From NCBI GenBank assembly GCA_000402515.1, contig AQRL01000036.1, positions 4,871-68,870 of the forward strand: DNA of 64,000 bases, given 5' to 3'. The stretch is from Nanoarchaeota archaeon SCGC AAA011-G17. Its GTDB lineage: Archaea > Nanobdellota > Nanobdellia > SCGC-AAA011-G17. Every line of letters begins with the position of its first letter. The stretch's first letter is position 1. This document shows, piece by piece, positions 27,864 to 37,139 of this stretch. Both the position numbers and the translations under genes were made by a program. Under the pieces are notes generated by a model, which was given only the letters and a program-made list of their open reading frames with translations, was not told where the DNA came from and did no database searches.

Positions 27864-29777
27864 ATGAAAAAAGAGGGAGTAATATTTTTATTAATTGTTA
27901 TTTTATTAATGGGCTCTGCCTATGCTGTTGAGATGAAAATAAAAGAAGAAGTGAATGGGGCTGTTAAGACTTATTATACCTCCGGTGTTGCTGCATGCGT
28001 AGGAAAGCCACCATGCAAAACTGTAAAAATTATTGATTTTGCTAGTGGGCAGCAAGGCTATATTGGTTGCGATAAATATATACCCCCATATTTATATGCA
28101 AAGGCTAGTTGCCAAAATTACAAGTATGCTTTGGTCAGAGACGGCAGTTTAATGTCCAATATTTATTATAATGACGGGAATAGTGCTTGTTCGGACAAGT
28201 GGGGCTTAACATGCTTGTCTATTAATTATGGGAATGATAGAAATGTTCCTTATAATGACAATAGCGGATGCAGTTGGTATTTTGGCTCAAATTTTATTAC
28301 AGCTACATGTGATTATAGTTGTACAGGCACTGTTCCTACAAAGGCTGCATTATGCACAGGTGATGAGACAGGATTAACAGCAGATGCTTCCAGAACTACA
28401 GTAACCAGCTGTACTACTGCTAAAAAATGTGAGTATACCTGTAATGCTGGCTATACTCCATCAGCAGATAAAACTAGCTGCATAACAACATGTACTCCCA
28501 GTTATGTGAATAGCTGTGATAATTCAGATGGGTGCGGAAATACAAGAAGCACTTCTCCTTATAATTCGTGTAATTTAGCAACTGCCGGGGCATGCGGGAC
28601 AGAAACAGCCTGCACTGATAGTGTTGATAATAACTGCAATGGAGAGTCTGACTATGACAGCAGAGATGGAAGGCATGGCGATTCTTCCTGTGCTGTTGGA
28701 GTAACTGGAATCTCTGTAAGCAATGCAAATCCCTATGTAAATACTGCTATTAGTGTTTCATGCACTTCAACTGCTACCAATGTGAATAGCATTAGCGCAA
28801 CTCTTGGGGGAAGTTCCTGTCTCTATAGCTCATGGAGTGGAAATGTTGTTTCTTTCAGCTGCAATACTGGAAGCTCTGCAGGAGCTAAAATGGCAACCTG
28901 CTATGTTGATACAACTAAGAGCTATAAATCCGGAAGCGACCCAAGTAAATATGTTAATGTGCAGGTTCCTGTCTGCTCAAGCTATTCTGCCTCTCCCGGC
29001 TGTAGTTCCAATGCTAATTGCGAGTGGTGTGTTCAGTGCAGTAATCCATTTTCTACTGGACAGGCTGATGCTTGTGTAACCAAAGGAAGCTGCCCTGTTA
29101 GAACGTGCCGCAAAAATCAGTGCGGTGCTGCTTGTGATAATACTGTTGGTGGCTGTCCTGGATTTAGCTGTAATACAAATACATGCAAGTGTGATGGTGT
29201 GGATGGCGTTTGCGGAACTGCAAATGGAAAAACTTATCCATCTGCAACTACCTCATGGGGAAGTGATAGTTTCTGTAACTCTGGTACTGCTAGTCCTACT
29301 AACCCCGCATTCCCCTCTGCTGGCGGAATAACAACATGGTCTTGTGTTGGCACCTATGGAGGAACTGTTGCTTCTTGTTCTGCTTCAAGAAGTACAGCTA
29401 CTTGTACTCCTAATGCTTATCATACAACAGACTGTTACAGCACTACCCAAAGAAAAAAATGTAATTCTCAAGGAACAGCATGGATTGGAGAGACATGCGC
29501 TTCACCAAATACACAATGCTCCGGGAATAATCAGTGTGGTCCTCCTATTGCTGTTTGCAGCTCAAATAACTGCGGGGCTTGTACTAGCTTAAGCAGCTGT
29601 CAGGCACAAGCACAATGTAACTGGGACCAATACCATAATGTTTGTATTCTAGCAACTGCTAACTGTGGAACTCCATGTAATCCCTTTGTTAGTAATTGTT
29701 TTATAGAAGCAAATCAGGCCTGTTGTACTGTAAGCGGTGGGACTGGAGAAGTTTTGTTTGGTATTATTACTTTTTAA
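27864..29777 (+). CDS. Large cysteine-, Thr/Ser- and Gly-rich secreted protein (637 aa)
   Basis: Signal peptide MKKEGVIFLLIVILLMGSAYA; dozens of Cys in CxxxC/CGxxxC contexts; internal + strand ORFs in other frames are shadows. Confidence 0.6.
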   Translation: MKKEGVIFLLIVILLMGSAYAVEMKIKEEVNGAVKTYYTSGVAACVGKPPCKTVKIIDFASGQQGYIGCDKYIPPYLYAKASCQNYKYALVRDGSLMSNIYYNDGNSACSDKWGLTCLSINYGNDRNVPYNDNSGCSWYFGSNFITATCDYSCTGTVPTKAALCTGDETGLTADASRTTVTSCTTAKKCEYTCNAGYTPSADKTSCITTCTPSYVNSCDNSDGCGNTRSTSPYNSCNLATAGACGTETACTDSVDNNCNGESDYDSRDGRHGDSSCAVGVTGISVSNANPYVNTAISVSCTSTATNVNSISATLGGSSCLYSSWSGNVVSFSCNTGSSAGAKMATCYVDTTKSYKSGSDPSKYVNVQVPVCSSYSASPGCSSNANCEWCVQCSNPFSTGQADACVTKGSCPVRTCRKNQCGAACDNTVGGCPGFSCNTNTCKCDGVDGVCGTANGKTYPSATTSWGSDSFCNSGTASPTNPAFPSAGGITTWSCVGTYGGTVASCSASRSTATCTPNAYHTTDCYSTTQRKKCNSQGTAWIGETCASPNTQCSGNNQCGPPIAVCSSNNCGACTSLSSCQAQAQCNWDQYHNVCILATANCGTPCNPFVSNCFIEANQACCTVSGGTGEVLFGIITF

Positions 29778-29787
29778 AATAAAAAAA

Positions 29788-30132
29788 TTATTTAATTTTA
29801 AGTCTTTTGGCTTCTTTTTGTAAGCGTTTCAAATGTGCTTTGTTATCTATATACCATTGTTTTTCACTTCTGTCACAAAAAGATTTATCTCCTTTTTCAG
29901 CTACTTCCTTATCCCATTTTTTAGTTATATCCTCAAAATAATTTAAGGCCTTTAAAACCCTATTTTTGTAAATTGAACTTTTTTTAAATTCATCTAATAA
30001 TTCAGTTGTTTTATTGATATCTTGTTCAATAGATAATATTGATGCCATTGGTAAAGGATCTTCTGGCTTTGCCTTTGAGGCTCTAATTTCTTCCTTAAGT
30101 ATTTCTAATCTATCATATTCCATTTTAATCAC
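29788..30132 (-). CDS. Small charged hypothetical protein (possible partner/immunity to upstream gene)
   Basis: 114 aa; 1-nt intergenic gap to 30134-30718. Confidence 0.3.
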   Translation of the reverse strand: MIKMEYDRLEILKEEIRASKAKPEDPLPMASILSIEQDINKTTELLDEFKKSSIYKNRVLKALNYFEDITKKWDKEVAEKGDKSFCDRSEKQWYIDNKAHLKRLQKEAKRLKIK

Positions 30133-30133
30133 A

Positions 30134-30718
30134 TCATTTGATTTTTTTCCATCTGCCTTTACTCACTTCTTTGAGTACATCAGATTTTGTCTTAGGAAAA
30201 CAGGTTATTATATCTTTTCCATTTATATCCCCAACTGTTAGCATTCCAGTAGAGGGATTATAAGCAATGCTTCTACCATCAGCCACCTGAATATATCTTT
30301 CAATTTTTGATGATTTGCTGTTCATGTTATTTAAACATTCTTTTTTGAATTTGCTTTTTGATGGAGGAACCTTCCAGATATTAGGAAAATCATATCGATG
30401 GTCATATGCATGTTTTGTTAATGTTTTGTAATTATATGCACTATAATATATCCATGTAGAGTAACTAACCCTATAAACAATATATCCAGTGGCAATAACC
30501 GCAACACCTATTGCAATATAAGTAACCCCTACACTAAATAATATTGCAACAATCCATGTAACTAAACCGGGAAAATTATAATAATAGGATGCGGGTATTG
30601 GTTGCTGCTCATTCTTTATTTTTTGCTCTTCATTTATCTCTTGAGCAAAACAAACTGGCAACATTATTAATAATAAAGAGATTAAAATCACAGCAGAAAC
30701 TTTAATATTATGTTTCAT
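30134..30718 (-). CDS. Signal-peptide/membrane-anchored protein with soluble C-terminal domain
   Basis: MKHNIKVSAVILISLLLIMLPVCFA signal, two TM helices, C-terminal RYIQVADGRSIAYNPSTGMLTVGDINGKDIITCF. Confidence 0.4.
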   Translation of the reverse strand: MKHNIKVSAVILISLLLIMLPVCFAQEINEEQKIKNEQQPIPASYYYNFPGLVTWIVAILFSVGVTYIAIGVAVIATGYIVYRVSYSTWIYYSAYNYKTLTKHAYDHRYDFPNIWKVPPSKSKFKKECLNNMNSKSSKIERYIQVADGRSIAYNPSTGMLTVGDINGKDIITCFPKTKSDVLKEVSKGRWKKIK

Positions 30719-30764
30719 AATATCCTCTTATAGATAACAAGATATATAAATATTGCTACAAGGA

Positions 30765-32075
30765 TTAGTATCCCTTTGGCACTAAATGATAAATTGTTCC
30801 TATGTTATCTTTATCCAACTGTGTGAAGTCTTTTGCTATCTGAGAATCATGATATAGTGTTGCAGCTGAATAAGCTGGATTAAAAGTGTCTGACAAATTC
30901 ATATGTGATTGAGAAGCCTCTTCCCTGTATATCCCCTTGCTGTTATCAGTATCACTAAACATATCTAAGTACCATATTCTTGCCCCTGTAACTGTATTTG
31001 TATTCCAATCTACATAAACCTCATATCTTGCCAATGCACCCGAAGGAATATTTGGATTCCCTATTGGAACAAAATAATGCTTGACATTTGCCTGCAGAGA
31101 ATCATTTACTATTTCTGGCTTTATTTCTGACTGGAAATTAACATAATCTTCAGTTATTACTTTTATTAACGCAGGTTTAGCTTGAGATGTGTTTGCATAT
31201 GGATTTAAAGCATTATTCTCCTGTATCCAATCCTTTGGTGTTGTTTCCCATTTTGCTACTGGAACATTCCCCTCATTATACCCTTTTTTCAAGACCTGAT
31301 AAAAAAATTCAATATCAATGTCTTTATTCAAAATAACTCCATATTTATTTAGATTTGAATTAACTTTTGTATCAAAGTAATACCATACAACATAAGGGTT
31401 CCTATCTTCAAAAAATGGATATTTCCAATAGCCATCTGCATCAACACACATCTCATAATCTCCAGGCAATAAATAAACTGAATAATTTCCCTGGGCATCT
31501 GCTGTATCTGCCTTTACCAGATTCCAATTCTTGTCTTTAAAGGAAACAACTGCATTTGGGACTGTAGAGTATTCCGGATTTCCTGCATGTATTCCAAGAA
31601 CTTTTCCAGAAACCTTGTATTTCCCGTAATTTCCTCCAAGAACCTGCAGTAATGTAATCAAGTCAAAGATGTCTGTTTTGCTGTTATTATTGACATCCCC
31701 GGATAGTGCAGGATAGCTCTCTGGATGACCAAGGATTTTAAGCAATTCCAATAAGTCAAAGATATTTGTTTTTCCATCATTATTAACATCAGAATTGGGT
31801 GTTTCTGAGGCTAACTGCGCTAGAGAAAGTGCCTTCTGCTTTCCACTATCATAGGGGGCTATTGCCTCTGCTTCTGAAAGCATTTCCTCCAGTGAGTAAT
31901 TTCCCGACTGCACTAATGGCTCGTATTTCTGTGAAAACTGCTCAACTGTCTGTACAGGCTCTTCATATTTAGGGGAGGTAATGTCTCGTGAGCAGGCTAC
32001 TGGGAGGGATATAGAACCAGCTAATAAATAAGGCGCTATCTTCCTTCTTAGTTTAGTTATTAAGCCCTCTTTCAT
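30765..32075 (-). CDS. Secreted protein containing a dockerin type-I repeat pair
   Basis: DVNNDGKTNIFDLLELLKILG and DVNNNSKTDIFDLITLLQVLGG match the dockerin Ca-binding repeat. Confidence 0.6.
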   Translation of the reverse strand: MKEGLITKLRRKIAPYLLAGSISLPVACSRDITSPKYEEPVQTVEQFSQKYEPLVQSGNYSLEEMLSEAEAIAPYDSGKQKALSLAQLASETPNSDVNNDGKTNIFDLLELLKILGHPESYPALSGDVNNNSKTDIFDLITLLQVLGGNYGKYKVSGKVLGIHAGNPEYSTVPNAVVSFKDKNWNLVKADTADAQGNYSVYLLPGDYEMCVDADGYWKYPFFEDRNPYVVWYYFDTKVNSNLNKYGVILNKDIDIEFFYQVLKKGYNEGNVPVAKWETTPKDWIQENNALNPYANTSQAKPALIKVITEDYVNFQSEIKPEIVNDSLQANVKHYFVPIGNPNIPSGALARYEVYVDWNTNTVTGARIWYLDMFSDTDNSKGIYREEASQSHMNLSDTFNPAYSAATLYHDSQIAKDFTQLDKDNIGTIYHLVPKGY

Positions 32076-32125
32076 AGCTTTTTACAGTGTTTTTAGAGTA
32101 TTTAAATATTATGGTTTGTTACTAC
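32052..32125. repeat. ~73-bp direct repeat (copy 1) covering the start codon/promoter of gene 30765-32075; copy 2 at 33713-33785
   Basis: tttagttattaagccctctttcatagctttttacagtgttttt...atttaaatattatggtt...gttactac shared, ~90% identity. Confidence 0.8.
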
Positions 32126-32209
32126 TTAAATAGAATAAATTAAGGAAGAAGAAAGATTTATATAGTATAATCAATTAACTAATAGTATCAAATTTGATAA
32201 TATAGGTTT

Positions 32210-32923
32210 ATGAAAAGTATAATATTGTTAAAGGAACTTGAAAAATATAAAGTATTTAATAATAAGGTAGTTAGAGACATAATAAAAAAAGATCATAACT
32301 ATACTAGGCTGCTTATATATCGGCTTAAAAAGAGCAACTTAATTATAGAAATAGAGAAAAACAAATACACAGTACACGAAGATCCATTAATTATAGCAGA
32401 TAGTATGGTGTGGCCATCTTACCTTTCCTGCTGGACTGCTTTGAGATTTCATAACTTAACAGAACAGCTTCCAAATACAATCTTTGTTATAACAACAAGG
32501 TCTAGAAAAAACAATAAAATAGTATTTAATAATAATAAAATCATTTTTATAAAAGTAAAACAAAAATATTTTTTTGGGTATAATAAAGAAAATTACAGGG
32601 GTTATGATACATTTATAGCTGACCCAGAAAAAGCCATAATAGATTCAGCATTATTTAAGAAGATATCTTTATCTGAGTTATACACCATTATTAAAAATAA
32701 TTTAAATTCAATAAATGCTGCTTTGTTTATTGATTATTTATTAAGAATAAAAAATAAAACCCTGATAAAAAGATTTGGAATTTTATTTGATAAGCTTAGA
32801 TTAGACTTTTATGACAAATTAAAATCCTTTATTAATAATAAATATATTATATTGGATTATGCATTGCCCAAGAATAAAAACAAAAACATGAAATGGAAGG
32901 TAATTGAAAATGTTAGATATTAA
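32210..32923 (+). CDS. abiEi: AbiEi-family antitoxin/transcriptional regulator
   Basis: Upstream partner of AbiEii with 20-nt overlap; C-terminal domain similar to AbiEi. Confidence 0.6.
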   Translation: MKSIILLKELEKYKVFNNKVVRDIIKKDHNYTRLLIYRLKKSNLIIEIEKNKYTVHEDPLIIADSMVWPSYLSCWTALRFHNLTEQLPNTIFVITTRSRKNNKIVFNNNKIIFIKVKQKYFFGYNKENYRGYDTFIADPEKAIIDSALFKKISLSELYTIIKNNLNSINAALFIDYLLRIKNKTLIKRFGILFDKLRLDFYDKLKSFINNKYIILDYALPKNKNKNMKWKVIENVRY

Positions 32924-33680
32924 TGAACTAAAGAGAATTTCTGAGCTAAAAAGAATTTCATTGATAAATACAGAAAAAGATTATATCCAGGATATTATTT
33001 TATTCAGCCTTTATTCTAATATCGGAAGAGAATTTATATTTAAGGGAGGAACTTGCCTTTATAAGGTGTATAAGTTAAATAGATTTAGTGAAGATTTAGA
33101 TTTTACACTAATAAAAAATGCAGATACCAAAAATATTTTTAATAAATTAATTTATGATTTAAAACTTCTTAATATTAATGGAAATATTAAAGAGATTAAA
33201 GAATATAAAAATGAAATTAATGTGAGATTAATCTTCAATGGCCCCCTCTACAGGGGAAGAAAGGAAGAGCAGTGTTTTATTCCTATAAATATAAGCCTAA
33301 AAGAAAAAGTTCTTATAGAACCAAAAAATGAAATGATAATTTCTATGTACAAAGAAATTCCAAATTTTGAAATTTTCATTATGGATGAACAAGAAATACT
33401 GGCAGAAAAATTCAGAGCTATATTAAGCAGGGAAAAACCAAGAGATATTTATGATGCATGGTTCTTATTAATAAAGAAAAATATAAGCCCCGATATAAAG
33501 ATAATCAATAAAAAGTTATCTCTATATAATCTTAAATTTAACTTGAATAAATTTATAGATAGCGTTGAAAAAAAGAGAGGCTTATGGAATTTAGATCTTA
33601 AAAATTTAATTATAGGAGAGCTTCCTGATTTTGATGAAATTAAGAAAGAAATTATTTCTAAATTAAAAGAAAATCATTAA
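32904..33680 (+). CDS. abiEii: AbiEii/AbiGii nucleotidyltransferase toxin (DUF1814)
   Basis: FKGGTCLYKVYKLNRFSEDLDFT matches the KGGTAL...RFSEDLDF nucleotidyltransferase signature. Confidence 0.8.
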   Translation: MKMLDINELKRISELKRISLINTEKDYIQDIILFSLYSNIGREFIFKGGTCLYKVYKLNRFSEDLDFTLIKNADTKNIFNKLIYDLKLLNINGNIKEIKEYKNEINVRLIFNGPLYRGRKEEQCFIPINISLKEKVLIEPKNEMIISMYKEIPNFEIFIMDEQEILAEKFRAILSREKPRDIYDAWFLLIKKNISPDIKIINKKLSLYNLKFNLNKFIDSVEKKRGLWNLDLKNLIIGELPDFDEIKKEIISKLKENH

Positions 33681-33712
33681 AATTAGCTTGCATTTTTTAG
33701 TTTCTTTCCTAA

Positions 33713-33785
33713 TTTAGTTATTAAGCCCTCTTTCATAGCTTTTTACAGTGTTTTTCAACTATTTAAATATTATGGTTGTTACTAC
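33713..33785. repeat. ~73-bp direct repeat (copy 2)
   Basis: See 32052-32125. Confidence 0.8.
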
Positions 33786-33846
33786 TAATAGTTAATGAAT
33801 AAAGGAAAGAGAAAGGTTTAAATAACAAAAGTAATAAATAATTTTT

Positions 33847-34056
33847 ATGACAGAAACAATAACAATGCCAAGAGGAGAATTTAAGAAATTAATTTCTGAT
33901 GTAGAAATAGTCATAAACGATGTAGAATCAATTCTCTCTAGTGAAGACAAACTTACTAAAAAAAGGATTGATGATATAGAATCCGGAAAAGTAAAGGGTA
34001 AAACTGAAAAAGAATTAGATGAGTATCTTAAGAATAGAGGGATAAGAGTTGGCTAA
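33847..34056 (+). CDS. Small antitoxin-like protein (69 aa)
   Basis: Short charged ORF immediately followed by a RelE-like remnant. Confidence 0.35.
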   Translation: MTETITMPRGEFKKLISDVEIVINDVESILSSEDKLTKKRIDDIESGKVKGKTEKELDEYLKNRGIRVG

Positions 34057-34185
34057 TTGGGAGATAAAAGAGCACCCAGATTTCTTTAAGGACTTAGACA
34101 GATTAAATAAAAGTGAATTAGAAATATTTTATAAAAAGAAAGAAAAAATCAAGAAAAATCCAGACTGGGACAAAAGTTAATAAAA
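34057..34185 (+). pseudogene. RelE/ParE-like toxin remnant (no ATG; stops after ~42 codons)
   Basis: Hand translation WEIKEHPDFFKDLDRLNKSELEIFYKKKEKIKKNPDWDKS* resembles the RelE N-terminus (W.I.F...F.KDLKKL...NP..G). Confidence 0.4.
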
Positions 34186-34355
34186 TTCTTACAATAGAAG
34201 AAAGGTTCAATAAGGTAGAGAATGAGCATAATCTTGTTATGAATAGCAAACTAAAACTCAAAAATAGATAATTCTTGTAAATTTATTTGAATTACATATT
34301 AAAACAATTCTGACCAAAACATTTAAAAGTAAATTTTCTAAGAATCTATTAGTAT

Positions 34356-34378
34356 GCGTCAGTAGTCTAATGGTTAGG
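34356..34378 (+). tRNA. tRNA 5' fragment (acceptor+D-arm, GCGTCAG-TA-GTCTAATGGTTAGG) with no cognate 3' half nearby
   Basis: 19/23 identity to the 5' end of the tRNA-Gly at 35298; possible split-tRNA half or integration remnant. Confidence 0.4.
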
Positions 34379-34421
34379 TAAAATAGATAAACTTTTATAC
34401 TCATTAATCTTATTTTTATTA

Positions 34422-35264
34422 ATGAAATATCTGGATTTTAGTAAAAAAGACCAAATTTCATTTATGAGGTTAGTTAAAGAACGAAGTAATCTTAAATGGG
34501 AAAAAATTGCACATTTTCTTGGTATCCATAGAAGTATGATTTTTTTCTATTTGAATGGTAAATCAAAGATTCCATATGAAAATTATAAAAAATTATGTAG
34601 TTTAGCAAAAATAAAACAATCACACAAATCATATGTTTTTATAAAAAATAAAATACAACCAATAAATAAAATTAATATGATTGATAATAATCTTGCTGAA
34701 TTATTAGGTATTCTTGCAGGAGATGGTCATATTTCCAATATAAATTATGAAGTTTGTGTTAGTGGGCATATGATTCTAGATAAAGAATATATCAACAAAA
34801 ATGTAGTTTTCCTTTTTGAAAAGTTATTTGGTCTTGACTCTAAATTAAAAATATACAAACCATATACCCATCTTAGATGCTGTGTTAATTCAAAATTACT
34901 CATAGAATATTTATCAAAAGAATTTAATTTACCAGTTGGAAAAAAGAAGGGGAATCTACATATTCCCAAACAAATAATTGAAGATAAATTACTATTAAAA
35001 TATTATATACGTGGTCTTTTTGATACTGATGGTAGTGTATATTTTAGACGCAAAAAAGACATTGTTGTATCAATAATTAGTGGAGATTTATTATTTTTGA
35101 ATGAGGTAAAAAATGCATTAAAAATTTTAGGATATAATCCATGCGTAAGTGGAAAAAACCTTTATCTTTATAAAAAAGAAGAGGTAAAAAGATTTTTTTC
35201 TGAAATTAATCCTATAAATAAAAAACATTTGGATAGATATTCTAATTTTTTGAAACTGCGTTAA
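34422..35264 (+). CDS. Free-standing LAGLIDADG homing endonuclease
   Basis: Two LAGLIDADG motifs: LAELLGILAGDGHIS and LKYYIRGLFDTDGSV. Confidence 0.8.
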   Translation: MKYLDFSKKDQISFMRLVKERSNLKWEKIAHFLGIHRSMIFFYLNGKSKIPYENYKKLCSLAKIKQSHKSYVFIKNKIQPINKINMIDNNLAELLGILAGDGHISNINYEVCVSGHMILDKEYINKNVVFLFEKLFGLDSKLKIYKPYTHLRCCVNSKLLIEYLSKEFNLPVGKKKGNLHIPKQIIEDKLLLKYYIRGLFDTDGSVYFRRKKDIVVSIISGDLLFLNEVKNALKILGYNPCVSGKNLYLYKKEEVKRFFSEINPINKKHLDRYSNFLKLR

Positions 35265-35297
35265 ATTTATAAACATATTTTTCACTTAAATAATCAA

Positions 35298-35420
35298 GCG
35301 CTGGTAGTCTAATGGCTAGGAATCCTTTGTGGATTTCACAGGGATTAGCAAATAGGGGCCTTCCAAGCCTCTGATCCGGGAGATGCTCTGCATCCGGAAA
35401 TTCGAGTCCCGGCCAGCGCA
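35298..35420 (+). tRNA. tRNA-Gly (anticodon UCC) with two putative non-canonical introns (~32 nt near position 26/27; 20 nt between positions 53/54 in the T-arm)
   Basis: Acceptor GCGCTGG/CCAGCGC; anticodon arm GGGGC-CTTCCAA-GCCTC (35355-35371); variable TGAT; T-stem CCGGG (35376-35380) | agatgctctgcatccggaaa | TTCGAGT-CCCGG; mature length 71 nt. Confidence 0.6.
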
Positions 35421-35466
35421 TTTTCTCCAAAAGCCTTTTAAACTTAAAACAATCTTTCTGATATAT

Positions 35467-36111
35467 ATGAAGAAACAAACAATTTTGGTTTGTGTATCGC
35501 ATTCTGATGATCAAGTCATTGGGATGGGGAGTTCTATCGCAAAATTTGCAAGCGAGGGAAAGGATGTAATTGTAGTTATTTTCTCTTATGGGGCAGAGTC
35601 AGTGCCATGGATGAAAGAGAAGCATATTATAGAAACGAGAGTCAAGGAGTCAATGAAAATAGATAAATTCCTTGGGGCAAAGAAAACAATATTTCTAGGG
35701 TTATCTGACAAGAATATGGAAGAGAAGATAAAAAAATTCAAAACAGAGAAAAAACTGGAATTAATAATAAGCAAATACAATCCGGAAAAGATATTTACGC
35801 ATGCGCTTGACCCGCATCCAAACCACAGAATTGTACATAAAACTGTGCTTAAGGTCCTTGATTCAATGAAAAAGAATATTCCAGTTTACACCTTTGATAT
35901 ATGGAAGATGTTTGACACAAAAGAGCAGAAAGCAAGAATATATATTGACATAACAGAGACATTCAGCAAGAAGATAAAGGCAATGATGATGTTCAAATCA
36001 CAGATGTATTTCTCGATTTATCCCTTATTACCTTCTGTCTATTTAAAGGCTTTTTTGAACGGGGTGCATATAAAAACAAGATATGCTGAGATGTTTTACA
36101 AAGAAAGATGA
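35467..36111 (+). CDS. PIG-L/LmbE family N-acetylglucosaminyl deacetylase
   Basis: Start moved to MKKQTIL (the long ORF start lies inside the tRNA); VSHSDDQVIGMG matches the PIG-L AHPDDE-type motif. Confidence 0.6.
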   Translation: MKKQTILVCVSHSDDQVIGMGSSIAKFASEGKDVIVVIFSYGAESVPWMKEKHIIETRVKESMKIDKFLGAKKTIFLGLSDKNMEEKIKKFKTEKKLELIISKYNPEKIFTHALDPHPNHRIVHKTVLKVLDSMKKNIPVYTFDIWKMFDTKEQKARIYIDITETFSKKIKAMMMFKSQMYFSIYPLLPSVYLKAFLNGVHIKTRYAEMFYKER

Positions 36112-37139
36112 GAGTATTATTCACAATAACAGGAATAGGATTAGGGCATGCTACAAGGGAGTATGCAATAATAAAGAAATTAAACTGCGATGTGAGAATA
36201 GGCACTTATCTAAGCGCGTATGATTTTTTCAAGGATAAATACGAAACTTTCAAGATTTCGTATATAAAATTCCCTGACAACAAATTCAGGGTTTCTTTTT
36301 ATAAGATAATCATGTATAATTTGTTAGCTCCTTTGAATCTTTATTTAGCTTATTTAAGAATAAAAAAAGAGGTAAAAGAGTTTAATCCTGACCTGATAAT
36401 AAGCGATTCTGAATTAGTAACAGGCTATGCTTCCAAGAGGCTAAAAAAACCTGTAATAGGGATACACAACCATAATCTAGAGAGGATAAAAAATATTGAA
36501 AAATCAAAAGACAGGAATTTAAGATTAGAGGCAGGGTATCTGTACAAGCTTGTTGAGGCTGGGAACAAAAACTGCTCAATGATTATAGTGCCTGAATTAT
36601 TGGGAGGAAAAAGAGACGGGAAGATAAGATATATTGACCCTGTTATTAATGAGAGCAAAAAAACAATAAAAAATAATGCAATCCTGATAATGCTCGGAGG
36701 AAGCAGATTTACACACCCTTTTATTGAAGGAATAATTCCTTTCTTAAAAAAACAAAAAGAGGAATTTATCATCTTTGGGTATAAGGATTTCAAAGAGGGG
36801 AATATTGTTTCTTATAAATTTAATCCTGAATTTATAAAATATTTAAAAAACTGCAAGGGGCTGATTACATTTGCAGGCTATTCAGCTTTATCTGAGGCTC
36901 TTTTTTATAAGGTTCCTTCACTAGTATTTTCAATTCCGGGGCATCTGGAGCAGTACATCAATATCAATACTGTCTCCAAAATATTCATGACTGATGTTGA
37001 CAGCAAGAATCCGGAAGAGAGCATTTCAAGATTTTTAAATGGCATTCCAGAACAAAGGACAAGGTTAAAGAAATTAAAAATTAAGAATGGATTAGACGAG
37101 GCTGTTAGGATAATTAAAAATGAAGTTGCCAAGAGTTGA
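36108..37139 (+). CDS. GT-B glycosyltransferase (MurG/GT28-like)
   Basis: N-terminal TGIGLGHATRE (G-rich loop) and C-terminal GGS...G pattern; overlaps the PIG-L stop. Confidence 0.5.
   Translation: MRVLFTITGIGLGHATREYAIIKKLNCDVRIGTYLSAYDFFKDKYETFKISYIKFPDNKFRVSFYKIIMYNLLAPLNLYLAYLRIKKEVKEFNPDLIISDSELVTGYASKRLKKPVIGIHNHNLERIKNIEKSKDRNLRLEAGYLYKLVEAGNKNCSMIIVPELLGGKRDGKIRYIDPVINESKKTIKNNAILIMLGGSRFTHPFIEGIIPFLKKQKEEFIIFGYKDFKEGNIVSYKFNPEFIKYLKNCKGLITFAGYSALSEALFYKVPSLVFSIPGHLEQYININTVSKIFMTDVDSKNPEESISRFLNGIPEQRTRLKKLKIKNGLDEAVRIIKNEVAKS

Noticed and set aside
35383-35466. N-terminal 28 codons of the 242-aa ORF
   Set aside because: They overlap the tRNA-Gly gene. An internal Met (35467) with a proper MKKQTIL N-terminus gives a normal PIG-L deacetylase.
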